The notes beneath the pieces are model-generated. The model was not told the origin of the DNA, searched no databases, and saw only the letters and a program-made list of their open reading frames with translations. Position numbers and translations under genes: made by a program. From positions 282,224,001 to 282,288,000 of the forward strand of contig OZ024740.1 of the NCBI GenBank assembly GCA_964016885.1: DNA of 64,000 nt. Direction: 5' to 3'. This stretch comes from Eledone cirrhosa. Lineage: Eukaryota. Positions 13,219 through 27,012 of this stretch are shown here, piece after piece; the first letter of the stretch is position 1, and each line of letters opens with the position of its first letter.

Positions 13219-13281
13219 TATATGTATATATATATATACATATATATATGTATATACATATCAATATATATATAAATATAT

Positions 13282-13364
<83 letters not shown>

Positions 13365-13496
13365 TACATATATACATATAAATATATATATATACATATA
13401 TATATATACATATATATAACGAAGGAATTGTGGTAAGGAACCAGATGGACCATAACGCATCAGAGTACTCAATACTTAGGGTAGTAGAGTGGGTAA

Positions 13497-13574
<78 letters not shown>

Positions 13575-13575
13575 C

Positions 13576-13618
<43 letters not shown>

Positions 13619-13624
<6 letters not shown>

Positions 13625-14376
13625 TAAAAATAGACAAGGGTTAAAATGTCCTCTTCAGTAGTCTTCTGATTTATCGTTGATATTTCGACGCATTAAAGAC
13701 TATATACCTAAAATCAGTGCCAGCGATGCGTCGAAATACCAACGATAATTCAGAAGACTACTGAAGAGGACATTTTAACCCTTTTCTATCTTTATTCATA
13801 TATTCATGTTCGCAACAACGCAGCACGCCATTTTCATTCACATAATTTTTCCCTTCGTTGTGGTTCGTATATTTTCTGTTACCTTATTGCTATCACCCCT
13901 TCTCTCTCCTTCGCCTCTTGCCTTGCTCAACTCCTGCTTCTGGTCACTCACTCTCGGCTGGTCCTTCCTCCCACTTTCACTCACTCCCTCTCTGCTTCTC
14001 CCACCCCCCTCTCACTTCCCCCCGTCTGACCTGCTTGAATTTCTTTCCTCTCTCAATCTTCTCGCAGCTCGGACGTGTCTATTTCTCCACGTCAATTTGA
14101 TATGTCGGGCTTATGCCCACGTGATTCATTGACTTGTCTCTATATTTCCTCTCTTTTCGTTGCATACCACCATGTGTTTGTTATCTTCCCTCCGTTTCCG
14201 CACTGGCCCGATAACTCAGTTGAGTTATCGCTCGCACTGATTTTAGGTATCTAGTCTTTAATGCGTCGAAATACCAACGATAAATCAGAAGACTACTGAA
14301 GAGGACATTTTAACCCTTGTCTATTTTTATTCATATATTCATGTTCGCAACAACGCAGCACGCCATTTTTCATTCA
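13619..14376 (+). mobile_element. Non-autonomous Penelope-type mini-element: inverted terminal copy + direct terminal repeats
   Basis: 13726-13840 is directly repeated at 14261-14376; 13619-13726 is the reverse complement of ~14228-14335. TA tracts on both sides. Confidence 0.7.
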
Positions 14377-14448
14377 TATATATATATATATATATATCTA
14401 TACATACTCTTTTACTCTTTTACCTGTTTCAGCCATCCGGCTGAGGCC

Positions 14449-14485
<37 letters not shown>

Positions 14486-14492
14486 CATACAA

Positions 14493-14643
14493 AACGCACC
14501 AGAGTACTCAATACTTAGGGTAGTAGAGTGGGTAATAGAAGAAAGTATGACCCCGACGGCAGAGCTCAAGCCGTTTCGACGGCTATTTTGACGTCCAGAA
14601 ATTGCCGTCGAAACGGCTTGAGCTCTGCCGTCGGGGTCATACT
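14493..14643. mobile_element. TA-flanked fold-back element carrying the 3' half of a hammerhead (GAAA CGGC..GCCG TC)
   Basis: Hairpin 14544-14643. Same family at 51102-51297, tail only at 13418-13498. Confidence 0.75.
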
Positions 14644-14685
14644 CTCTCCTTTATACATACACATATATATATATGTGTATATATG

Positions 14686-14720
<35 letters not shown>

Positions 14721-14735
14721 AAACGTAATCTGAGG

Positions 14736-14978
14736 TTTTCGAATAATAATAATAATATTAGATTCGTTTGCAATTATGCAGACAAGCCTCTTTAAAGCCA
14801 TGTCAGTAGAATGAGCCCGTCATTGTTGCCCCCAAAACATTAGTGTCTGCAGCTCTCTTTGTTTACATGCCAACACAAGAGCAAGAATGACAGGCTCATT
14901 TTACTGACATGGCTTTAAAATTGAGGCTTGTTTGCATAATTGCAAAGAAATCGAATATTATTATTAATATTCGAAAAA
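14736..14978. repeat. Fold-back repeat (~95-bp arms)
   Basis: 14736-14830 pairs with 14881-14978; unfolded relative at ~52563-52698. Confidence 0.8.
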
Positions 14979-15026
14979 TGTAGAACGGTAACTTAAATTT
15001 GTTAAGTCATGCACACACATACACAC

Positions 15027-15110
<84 letters not shown>

Positions 15111-15243
15111 ACACATATATATATATATATATTATATATTTTGCGAGAGATGTCAACATGAATGGACGTGCTATTTTAATCTAAATACATTTTTTCCAAT
15201 TCCATCCCGCCCGTCCGCTCAATCTATTTTATTTCTCATTTTA

Positions 15244-15279
15244 TCTTCTGATGAAAGACTAGCGTCCGAAACGTTAAGA
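15244..15279 (+). ncRNA. Minimal type I hammerhead ribozyme (Penelope-type)
   Basis: TCTT-CTGATGA-AAGAC TAGC GTCC-GAAACGTTA-AGA: short stem I, stem II GAC/GTC, near-absent stem III typical of PLE hammerheads. Confidence 0.65.
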
Positions 15280-15364
15280 CCCTCTACCTGCTATATCAAG
15301 CGTTAACCTAATATATACCTTCCATAAACTGTACCGGTTGTGTTGTTATTTCTGTTTATCTTTT

Positions 15365-15404
<40 letters not shown>

Positions 15405-15460
15405 TAAAATAATATTAAAGTTTCAAATTTATTACTATTACTATACACATACACACACAC

Positions 15461-15503
<43 letters not shown>

Positions 15504-15539
15504 CAAAGAGATATTTAATTTGTTGATAATTCTACAAAT

Positions 15540-15857
15540 ATATTTATAACAGATTCGAAGCACTCGACATATTTTCTGGAGTATAATATCAATGATATTA
15601 ATAAATGGAAACTATATTTATAAAACCATGTTCATTCCATTATATATATTTCAAGGGTACCAAAACTTTGGTACGCCCTCATCAGATAAGATACAAAAAA
15701 CGGAACCTGAACAGTATGATTCCTGGGTATGTAACTATTCATAAAAAAATTTTGTATTTTATCTGATGAGGGCATACCAGAGTTTTGGTACCCTTGAAAT
15801 ATATATAATAGAATAAATATGGTTTTATAAATATAGTTTCCATTTATTAATATCATA
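15540..15857. mobile_element. TA-anchored fold-back element with mirror hammerheads (family H)
   Basis: Plus fold 15757-15813: TTTTAT-CTGATGA-GGG..ACCA/TGGT..CCCT-GAAA-TATATATA-ATAGAA; mirror copy ~15637-15692. Same family at 35876-36275, 22055-22190 and 5714-5800. Confidence 0.8.
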
Positions 15858-15887
15858 TATATATATATATGAATATATATACATATA

Positions 15888-15970
<83 letters not shown>

Positions 15971-16205
15971 GTTATATAGTAAGGTGCATTATTGGTTGTG
16001 TAAAATGGTCCAATAACTTTATGTTAGCAATATTAAGTTCTCCACGCTTTTGTATATCTCCAATTCCATTCAAGGGAACAGCTAGATGATGTAAAACAGA
16101 GTATAAGTATCAAAATGAAAATCCGAAGGCAAGGTAAAATTCCAATCATTTAATCACGACACATGTTTCAATAACATGTTTCTCTCAGATATTTCTCTCA
16201 CATAC

Positions 16206-18455
16206 TCCTCTTAGGTCAGTGTTGTTTGTTTGGGTGTTGTTGTTATTCCATTCATTTTTTCTGTTTAGCCTTGTCCTTCTAAGTTCTATTTCGCTCGGCT
16301 CTCTGATTTGCCTATCTGCTGAGTCATTTCTATGTTTAGATATTATTCTAATTTCTATGTTGTCTATGTTACCTTTGTGTTGTTGTCTAGCATGTTCGTA
16401 TAGTACTGAACCGTTTTTTCGTCCTTTTAGTTCCCCCCAGTGTTGGTCTATCTTTTCACCTATGTTACGAGCTGTCTCGCCTATGTATGCTATTGTCATG
16501 TTTCTGCAAGTACCCTCTGTACATCTTATGCTATAGACTACGTTTCTAGTTTTACAGTTTATCCGGGGGTTTACTTTACATATGATACATTTCCTATTAG
16601 TACAGTGGGTTTTCTTAAAAGGGTAGGTTTTGCTGATCAGGGATTTTATGGTGGTTCCTCGCTTTTCTACCACCTTAATCTTTAAGTGGGTCTTTCTCAG
16701 GGCCTTTCTACACTGGTTAGCTAATTTCCCTCCAGGGGTAGCGTCCACAAACATGGCACTCTGGTATCTCTGGTTGTCGTACCATGAGGTCGTTTTCCCT
16801 ATCTTATGTCTAGTCCTATCTAAGCTATTCCATGATTTGTTCCTGTATAATGGGCAAATTCCTTTCATATCCAGTTTTATTAGGGACTTATACTTCTCTG
16901 TGGCTCATTCGTATACTCTGATTCTGTCTCTTTGGTTGTTGCCAGAGAACTGCATGCGGTTGATGAAGTGTTGGATGTGTCTTTCATTTCTGTTGGGTGG
17001 CACATGCGGGACACGTTCTTCATCACTCGTACCAAGTCTGCGATCAGAATATTAAACTTAGCACTACTGGACATTGCTGAGTTTTTGAGTATCAGGTATT
17101 TGGAGGCCATGGGTTTATCATAGTGTGAGTGGAGAATTTGGGCTCTCTCGTCTATAGTGTTAATCCAGAGTTCCGTGTCTAATACAGGTAGTCTATTGTT
17201 AGGGTGTTTGGAAGGGTAGTCGATAGTTACAGTTATACTCTGGTGTATGGAATTAACTATCTGCTGGATGCTTTCCATTGTGTTACGTTCTAAATCAAAC
17301 TTGTTAGTGCTCTCTTGTGGGGATGTCCTTATTACTATATTGATGTCGTCTACGTAACGAAAGTACATGATGAGGTCTATGGAGCTCTCATCAAGGAGAT
17401 ATTTGAGTCTCCTTTCCCACCATACCATAAATAGGTTGGCAACGTCACCAGCTATGCTGACGCCAATGGCTGCTCCCTCATTTTGGGTGTAGATCTTCTC
17501 GTTGAATTTGAATATGTGGCCCTTTAGGGTAGTTTTGATACTAGCCCCTCTTGCTTGTGCGACCATTTTTCTTACCTGATCATTATTTTGGGGGGTCCGT
17601 ATACCTTTGGTCCACCCGATCCACCTTCCCATGGGAGTCTTTTTTGCCATTGAGGTTATGGTGGGGTCTACCTCTTATGTGTCTACTAGGGCAGAAACGT
17701 CAAAGGTCATGGGTGTCTAGGTAGTCAGTGTCGTAGGTAAGTCTTGGTAGGAGGCCCAGTTCGTCTGTGTCAACGTCGCAGAACTCCACCTCACTCTCAA
17801 TGATCATCTCAACACATTTTTCCACAGCAAAATCAATGTTAATGGATGGGTACAGTGATACCACATCCATGCTGCCTATTATGCAGTTGGATAGGTTCCT
17901 GTTTTTGTTGCACTCACTGATTCTGCTGTACTGTACTGTCATATACATCTGGGGACATCTTGAGAAGTATAAATAAATAAATAAATAAATACATACACAA
18001 GCACAATAACAACAAACACATATAAACACACACTAGAAAACTAAGATAGAATACAATAACCAATACACAGTCACCCAAACACGAACACACATCACACAAA
18101 ACACTATACAAACACGCAAACGCATGCGCATAGAAGACAAGAAATAAACAAATAAATAAATAAAGAGACTAAATAAAGATGGCGTAAGCATACAATACAA
18201 CGGGAGGAAATATAATAGCACCGCCGACGATGTTGCAGATGTGCAACGAAAGAACTTTGTTAGGCAATATGTATGTGTTTGTGTCTATATTATATCTGTA
18301 TTTTAGACCGTTGGTCAGTCAATGGTAACATTGAGGACCGAATAAATTAAATTAACCGATATAAAAGACACAGAAGCGAAAACCAACCAAACAGTGAGTG
18401 TGTTCTGTTATTAATTCTGGCAATATTATTACACAAATATGACCCTCCCCAAGTA

Positions 18456-18459
<4 letters not shown>
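16206..18459 (-). mobile_element. Penelope-like element (RT + GIY-YIG), 5'-truncated, with inverted 3' UTR
   Basis: GSMDVVSLYPSI, GAAIGVSIAGDVANLFM, FRYVDD, and VVYSIRC..YIGET GIY-YIG with CxxxxCxxC. 17961-18459 is the 3' UTR in the opposite orientation (compare 58651-59370). Confidence 0.92.
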
Positions 18460-18490
<31 letters not shown>

Positions 18491-18632
18491 ATTGACGGAC
18501 CCGGCATATTTATCAATGCCAGTAGCGGTTGTATCTCAGCGCACTCAATGGGCAATGTAAGATATATTACCAGAGTATACACATAGTTATTTGCCTCAAC
18601 ACAACACACGTAAATCAGGTGCCTATAAGGTT

Positions 18633-18742
18633 CCCGGACTCGAGTTTCTGCAGCACTAATGCAGCAGTAGGGTGCACTGCACCATCTGTCTGCATATATT
18701 ATGCAACAATGCACAATCGGCTTATGGTGCTTCATCAGCGGG
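18633..18742 (-). ncRNA. Type I hammerhead ribozyme with long branched stem II
   Basis: Minus strand: CCCG-CTGATGA-(~80 nt)-GAAA-C TCGA G-TC-CGGG; stem I CCCG/CGGG, GUC triplet, palindromic loop III. Confidence 0.7.
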
Positions 18743-18766
18743 TATCGCCTAATCAATCGACATAAC

Positions 18767-18820
<54 letters not shown>

Positions 18821-18836
18821 TAGTTTCTATTTATTA

Positions 18837-18924
<88 letters not shown>

Positions 18925-18955
18925 AATATTATATATATATATATATATTTATATT

Positions 18956-19010
<55 letters not shown>

Positions 19011-19017
<7 letters not shown>

Positions 19018-19428
19018 AACAAAAGATGGTTAAAAGAGTTCCATGTATTTTATTATGCGCATTTCAAAAACAAATATCATCATGCAATAATATTTGTGTT
19101 TTCATCAGATAAAACAGGAAGACATGATATGAAGGTTAAAAAACACTTGTGGATAGTTCAGTTTTAAATCAACATATGTTGATTTAAAACTGAACTATCC
19201 ACAAGTGTTTTTTAACCTTCATATCATGTCTTCCTGTTTTATCTGATGAAAACACAAATATTATTGCATGATGATATTTGTTTTTGAAATGCGCATAATA
19301 AAATACATGGAACTCTTTTAACCATCTTTTGTTCTTATATATTATGTATACTCCAGTCCTACAAATTGTAGAGTGCTTCTTATCCGATATCTGCATTGCT
19401 TTATTGTACTACAATAAAACTCACCTCC

Positions 19429-19431
<3 letters not shown>
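19011..19431. mobile_element. 330-bp spacer-less palindromic element plus 90-bp tail, between (TA)n tracts
   Basis: Centre CAT|ATG at 19175/19176; arms 19011-19175 and 19176-19340 appear perfectly complementary by eye. Confidence 0.92.
19237..19303 (+). ncRNA. Type I hammerhead ribozyme (mirror copy 19048-19114 on minus strand)
   Basis: TTTTAT-CTGATGA-AAACACAAATATTAT..ATGATATTTGTTTTT-GAAA-T GCGC A-TA-ATAAAA; 6-bp stem I, intact core. Confidence 0.85.
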
Positions 19432-19509
<78 letters not shown>

Positions 19510-20572
19510 TTATATATATTTATTTAGGTTTGTTGGTTCACCGCTGGACAGAACTGGTCATTCCGTACGGTCAATCTTGATGTAATATTATGGAGGGCAC
19601 TCAACATAGTGCAGTTCACCGTCCTCGCTTGTGTAGTTGGTGGTGCTAATACGGAGCTAATTATTACAAATAAAATAACAGGAGGCTGGATTTGTGTAAA
19701 TCCTTGAAAAGTTTATTATACTATGATCATTTCAATGACCGGGTTCCGTATGAATCTGGTGATATCATCAGGTATTTGAAATATAACAAAGGAATATATA
19801 AAATCCATGGGTCCGAAAATCAGAGACAGAGAGGACGACTGACCAACTAGCTGCTTTCACCTCGGTCAGTCGCCCTTAAGTGATGGCAACTCTGTTAGCT
19901 GTATCATGCCTTCCTCTGCTAGCACGTAAATAAACCCCTCCTGTGTGAATTAATAGTATTCGTTTGGTATAGACGATGGCCTGTAGAAGCTGGTTAACTT
20001 ACCGCTAGCATACCCGAAGCCTATGGCAGTCACGTTCCTAGAGTACTCGGAAAAATTAATTTCCATTTCTTTCGCTAGACGATACCACTCGAAACTGGCT
20101 GACACGTGGTTAGGAGGTGCTGGCTGGGATTTACAATCGAAGGCTTTTATCTTTACTCTATATCCCACCTTGATAACTTATCGAGATTCCCTATAATACA
20201 CTTAAACTTTTTCATAGAAGACTCTCTCTCTGTAATTTCATTAAATAAATCTAGCAACACAAACCTTTAATTTTCTATTAATTTTCTAATAATTTAATTT
20301 CATCCTATAACTCTTAACATAAGTTAACGTTCCAATTTTCTGTTCACACATTAGACCATACAGACACCCATATATATACCTTTGTTAAAATATGGGTTCT
20401 TTGGAATAACATTTTTCGCGGCGTCCTCTAGCATGACTATAGTGTGACCCTTACGCTGACTTTTCTTCTGTCTTTCTTTCTTTTTTTATTCTCTGACGGA
20501 GAGGTGGTAGTACATTATAAGCCTTTTCAAGGATTTACACCAGGCCAGCCTCGTGTTATTTTATTTGTAATA

Positions 20573-20620
<48 letters not shown>

Positions 20621-21351
20621 TATTATACATAGTCTATAGGTGCACAGTTGAGACTGCTTCGAATACCAGCTCTTACATCGGGTCTACCTCTAACCCTTTT
20701 AAGGTACGCTATAACGCGCACTCTTTTTCCTTCCGAGATCCTAGCAAGCTAGGCAAATTAAAAACATTAAATTAAACAAAGTTCAACACTCACTAAAATG
20801 GGATATCGTAGCTAGGGCACAACCGTTCAATGGACGAAGGAAATCTTGTGATCTCTGTGTTACGGAAGCGTATTACATAACTCTATCAAGACCTCTACCA
20901 ATTAACGATAGAACTGAGGTAACCATTAGCTGTCAACATCGAAGGGCTAATTCCTTCGCCAATAGAGTTTTTGACCCAACTTAGTCATGTAGCCCCATCA
21001 ATAATTGTAGCTAATAAGTTAAATTGCTATGAACAACTCGATAATTATAAGTTACCTCCCCTACATTGTCTCTCAATTAAATAATTTAAATACTAGCGCT
21101 TAACTATAAAATACACACAATCTCTAATCTCTCGAGAAGTTACTTCCCCTGAAACCACCCTCTAATTAGTAAGGTAAATATGCCCTTTGGCAGCCATCTT
21201 GTTACCCATAGGCAGATCTCACACAATGAAGCCTCGACAGATGAGTACTGCTTGATTATGGCTGACAGCTGATGAAACAAAGGCACAATAGTAAAAACTA
21301 ATATATGGAACATTATATTATGTAACATTATTTTAATTTATATTCCTTTGA

Positions 21352-21472
21352 GTTCCGATGAGCCACTCTGTTTTTTTAAATATGTTAATTATTTTCTACT
21401 GAACCAGATCAATTATGATACATAGTCATCTGATCCAGAAATATTATACGGAGTAGCGAAACAATTGTAAAC
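21352..21472 (+). ncRNA. Hammerhead-like fold, CCGATGA core, ~95-nt stem II
   Basis: GTT-CCGATGA-GCCACTCTGT...ACGGAGTAGC-GAAA-C AATT G-TA-AAC. Confidence 0.55.
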
Positions 21473-21625
21473 GGGCATTATTATTATTAATATTATTATT
21501 ATTATTATTATTCTCTACATCCTTTGCATCAAACTAAATATGTTGACAATCTTTTAATAATGTCTTCCTTGTGAAATTTGTGGTCTTGTTTTGCTTAACT
21601 AATGAATATATATATATATATATAT

Positions 21626-21762
<137 letters not shown>

Positions 21763-21964
21763 GTGTACATACTGTATATGTATATATATATATGTATATA
21801 TGTATGTATATATATATATGTATATATATATATGGATATATATATATACTGTATATATATATATATATATATATATACATACATATATATATATATGTGT
21901 GCGTGTGTGTGTCTGTGTGTGTGTGTTTGTGAGTGTGTGTGTGTGTATGTATACATATATATCG

Positions 21965-22055
<91 letters not shown>

Positions 22056-22319
22056 GATATTAACAAATGGAAACTATATTTATAAAACCATATCTATTTT
22101 ATTATACATATTTCAAGGATACCATGTTAAATTATGGTATGCTTTCATCAGACAAAATACAATATATACCAGTTTTATGAATAAATATTGACATACCGTT
22201 ACACAATGCAACCGTTACTTTTGGAAGACATCGGGATAGTGGATTTGTTTACTTATATTAGTAAGTCGTTGTGTTACAGAGAAGGAAAAAAAAAAATATA
22301 TATACATATATATATATAC

Positions 22320-22354
<35 letters not shown>

Positions 22355-22370
22355 CATATACAGTATGTAC

Positions 22371-22454
<84 letters not shown>

Positions 22455-22523
22455 TTGTCGAGTGCTTTATATCAGTTATAAAAATATTTGCTTGTTGTAT
22501 CCCAACAATTTAAATAAAACGTT

Positions 22524-22590
<67 letters not shown>

Positions 22591-22854
22591 GGAAAAAATG
22601 AAACGATATTTCATTTCCCACTCTTAGTATGGCTGTTACTTAAATATAAGTATGTACACGTACATACATATATGTATACCGACGTACAGTAGTATGTATA
22701 TATATATATACATACATGCACACATATATATATGCACGTATGGATTCACCGAACATTTATTATAATGCTCGGTGTGTTTGTAAACAAACATCCCGTATTA
22801 AGCCGTAGTGTCTAGCAACCACCGTTGCTCGTTTGTTCAACACTGACAAAGGAA

Positions 22855-22895
22855 CGCTGTACTAGTTTCAAGCTTGTTAGCTATCGTCAGCAACG
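22855..22895 (-). ncRNA. Minimal type I hammerhead ribozyme (family K)
   Basis: Minus strand: CGTTG-CTGACGA-TAGCT AACA AGCTT-GAAA-C TA G-TA-CAGCG; homolog at 33838-33878. Confidence 0.8.
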
Positions 22896-23444
22896 TATAC
22901 CTTCCTGCCAGATTGTTGAACGTATATACTTACCTTATGCATATTAACGGCTGAGTAGTTTGATACGTTCGATACATACATACGTACACACACGCACGTG
23001 TGTACGTATGTATGTATCGAACGTATGGATGTGTAAATGTGCGTATGTATATAAGCTTGTATATTTTATGTCTCTCTTGTATGTTTTTTAAATGTTTTTT
23101 TATATTTTTAATATATTTTTTCTATATATTTTTTTTATATTTTTTTAATATTTTTTTTATATTTCTTTTGTGAGACATTCGCGTCTGTGTATGTACGTAC
23201 CCCCCCCCCTATTTTTTGTTCCCCCCTTTTTTTGAGTTTTTTCCTTCTATAAAAAAAAATTTTTATTTCTAATTTTATGGATACATTTTTATAAGTATGT
23301 CGAGATTGACACTTTCCTTTAATTACTTACTCCCTTACCTCCTTTACTTCTGCATCTAAATGTAAGTGTGTGTGGGCGTGTTTATGTGAGCGCCTCAATA
23401 TCCATATATTTATAATAATAATATATATGTATGTGTGTGTGTAT

Positions 23445-23564
<120 letters not shown>

Positions 23565-23585
23565 ATGTATGTGTATGCATGTATG

Positions 23586-23620
<35 letters not shown>

Positions 23621-23867
23621 TGTCTGTAGATTGTAGACATACAGATACATTAGCCCTAAGTTTTTATATTTACATACCCCTTTTCAACATACGTATACAT
23701 ATGAACATACAATTTTGTGCACATCTGTGAACGGATTTACATACATATATACACACACCTAACTGTATTTTCTTGATAAATGTTTATGTATTTCATTGGT
23801 CTATTTAAAATGTGTTCCCAAACAGACCTGTAATTTTGAATTGTTCTTATTATCAATAAATATGCAT

Positions 23868-24006
23868 CATTATTTCTGAAGACAGCATATATGTGTGAAG
23901 GTATGTATATTCTCTTTGATAGTTTGTATAATTTTGTACATAGATCTTTTGAATATGCATACCAATTCTAACACATATATGTCCTAGAAACGATCGTAAA
24001 ATAATG
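23868..24006 (+). ncRNA. Type I hammerhead ribozyme with ~105-nt stem II
   Basis: CATTATTT-CTGAAGA-..GCATATATGTGT...ACACATATATGT..-GAAA-C GATC G-TA-AAATAATG; perfect 8-bp stem I. Confidence 0.75.
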
Positions 24007-24064
24007 AACTTTTTTTGTTTAATATAAGGAACTGTTTCTTTGTTTATTCATTATTTTTTTAATA

Positions 24065-24139
<75 letters not shown>

Positions 24140-24156
24140 TACATACATATATATAT

Positions 24157-26943
24157 GATGGCTGCCCCCTCGTTATCGAGTATGGCCATTGCACGAGAAA
24201 AAGAAAATATATATATATATACATATATATTAATAACAATAATAATAATAATAACAACAATAATAATAACGACAAAAACAACAATAATAATATACATATA
24301 TATATATATACACACACACTCACACACATAAACATATCTATACACACACACACACGATACCAACTAACAGCGCTGCGATTGAATGTGGCTTTTTAGTCCA
24401 GCCAATGATCTAAAATGTCTTGCACAGAGTCGGCAACCAAAACATTCACTGGGAATAGTCGGCTGTGGTTGGAGTTCATGTACTTTTGCATGTCGTTGGA
24501 GCCCTCCTGCTGATTTACATTCTCTACCACATGTTTGGCAAGCATGATGAGTAGCATCTCCAACAGCAGCCTGGTAGTCAACCACTGGTCTTACTTTATG
24601 ACTGCGAAGATGACTTTCGAGTTCAGCTTTGCTTAGGCAGAGTCTCGCACAGACGCTGCATGTCAGCACCATAGGAGGACCCTCGCCGTCTGGAACTGCA
24701 ACTGCAATGCTCTTCCTCACATCTCGCTTTACTTTCTCGTATGCAATTCGAGATGCCCCAAAGGCAACTTTTCCCTCATATACAGTCTTTCTCCATTTAT
24801 TACGATCAGCAGCAATATTTTCCCATGTATCAGCAGAGATGTTAGCGTCTTTCAAAGAGGCTTTAAGGGAATCCTTATACCTCTTTTTTGGTTTATGTGG
24901 CGGTCGTTTTCCTTTAACTAACTCTCCATAAAAGAGTTGTTTTGGTATTTTAGAATCCTTCATCCTGGCAAGGTGACCACTCCAACGGAGTCGTTGCATA
25001 AGCACAAGAGCTTCTATACTGTCACACATAGAGCTTTCCAAAATCTCGACATCACTGATGTGGTCCCCACAATGAACGCCATGGATCCGTCTGAGACACA
25101 TCTGATGGAAACGCTCCAATTGCTTAAGGTGGTGTCGATATGTGACCCAGGTCTCGCAGGCATAAAGAAGAGAAGAGAGCACACATGCCTTGTACACCTT
25201 TACCTTTGTCTTCTTGCATATGTATCGCCGACCCCAGAGACGCCTTTCTAGCTTTCCGAAACATCACTTGCTTTCCTAATCCTAAGTGAAATTTCACTAT
25301 CAAGTTTGCTGTATCGATTGACAGTGCTTCCCAGGTAGACAAACTGATCAACCACTCCAAGTCGTTTACCATACACATAGATGTTTGGTTCAGTGTACTG
25401 CTTACCATGGGCAGGTTGGTACATGACGAAGGTTTTCTTGAGACTGACAGTCAATCCTACGGCAGTGGAAGCGTCAGAAAATGCATTCAAAATGTGCTGC
25501 ATATCACTCTCTGTGTGCGCTACAAGATCGCAATCATCTGCATACAAGAGGTCTCTTATGATTGATGTAAATACTTTTGTCTTTGCAGCAAAGCGCCTGA
25601 TGTTAAATATGCTGCCTGAGGTTCGATATCGGATGTAAACACCATGCTCGCAATTCCTGAATGCAGTACAGAAAACCATTGAAAAGTATATGGCAAACAG
25701 GGTCGGTTGTGGAATATCCCCCTGTTTCACTCCATTTTTTACTGAGATAGGCTCCGACATGTTACCTCCGATATTAACCCAAGCCTTCATGTCGTCATGG
25801 AAAGACCTAACTAAAGCAAGGAACTTATCAGGGCAACTAAGTTTCTGGAGAACCTTCCATAATGCATTTCTGTTATCAGTATCGAAAGCTTTTGTCAGAT
25901 CGACAAAAACCTGATAGAGATCCAAACCTTGTTCCATGCACTTCTCCTGGAGTTGTCTAGCTGAGAAGATCATATCAGTAGTGCCGCGTCCAGCACGAAA
26001 ACCAGATTAACTTTCAGGAAGAACACAATCTGCAATGTGTGTCAGCAGACAGTCCAGAAGCACCCTACATAAAACTTTCCCTACGATAGAAAGCAATGAT
26101 ATACCTCTGTAGTTCCCACAATCATTCCTGTCACCCTTTCCCTTGTACAAGACCACCATTACTGAATCTCTCCAGTCCTCAGGTACGGATTCATTAGACC
26201 ATATCCTGCCAAACAAAGAGTGAAGATGTTGCAGGAGTCTCTCACCACCATATTGTAGGAGCTCAGCATGTATGCCATCCATACCTGGAGACCTTCCACT
26301 GTTCAGCTTCGAGATAGCCACTGCAACCTCCACAAGCGTCGGAGGTTCTGCGAGAGCTACTTTCACAGGACTTTCTGGAATGAGATTGAGGTAATCTTCA
26401 TTGACGACAGACGGCTGATTCAAAAGATCATCAAAGTGCTCTCGCCACCTTCGTAGAATTCCTTGTGAATCACGAAGAAGTTATTTGCCATCCTCGCTGC
26501 GAAGCGGTGTCACCAGAGAAGAAGACGGTCCATAAACTTCACGCAAGAGACTGTACAACAGCTTTGTGTTATTGGAATCTGACGCAGTTTGTATCTCATC
26601 AGCCTTTTCACTCCACCACTGATCCTTCATCTGAGAAAGACTCCGCCTAACACGTGATTTTACAATCCTTGAGTTCCTCATGCAACGTACTCCTCTCCGT
26701 GGTTTTGCCGTCAAGTAGCGTGACAGAGCACGCCTCTTAACAGCCAACAAGTCCTCTATATGTACATCATTCTCATTCAACCAGTCCTGATGTTTTCTCT
26801 GCACCAATCCCAGAACACGCCTGCCTACATCATAAACCGACTTTTTAAGGGTCGGCCAATCCTCACCAAGATCTGCAACCTGCATCTCTTCTTGCAATGT
26901 CCTCTTCACATTTTTATCCTTAAGACGAGCAGCATTCAATCTT
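24157..26943 (-). mobile_element. RTE-clade LINE (BovB-like), 5'-truncated, frameshifted RT with three C-terminal C2H2-type fingers
   Basis: SPGMDGIHAE, NYRGISLLS, FVDLTKAFD, GVKQGD, LLYADD, LLYACETW; 3' terminal hairpin ATGGCCATACTCGATAACGAG..CAGCCATC then (AT/ATGT)n. Confidence 0.93.
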
Positions 26944-26963
26944 ATATATATATATATATATAG

Positions 26964-27005
<42 letters not shown>

Positions 27006-27012
27006 GTATATA

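Noticed and set aside
19950-20168. 72-aa non-repetitive ORF
   Set aside because: No recognisable motif or convincing splice sites.
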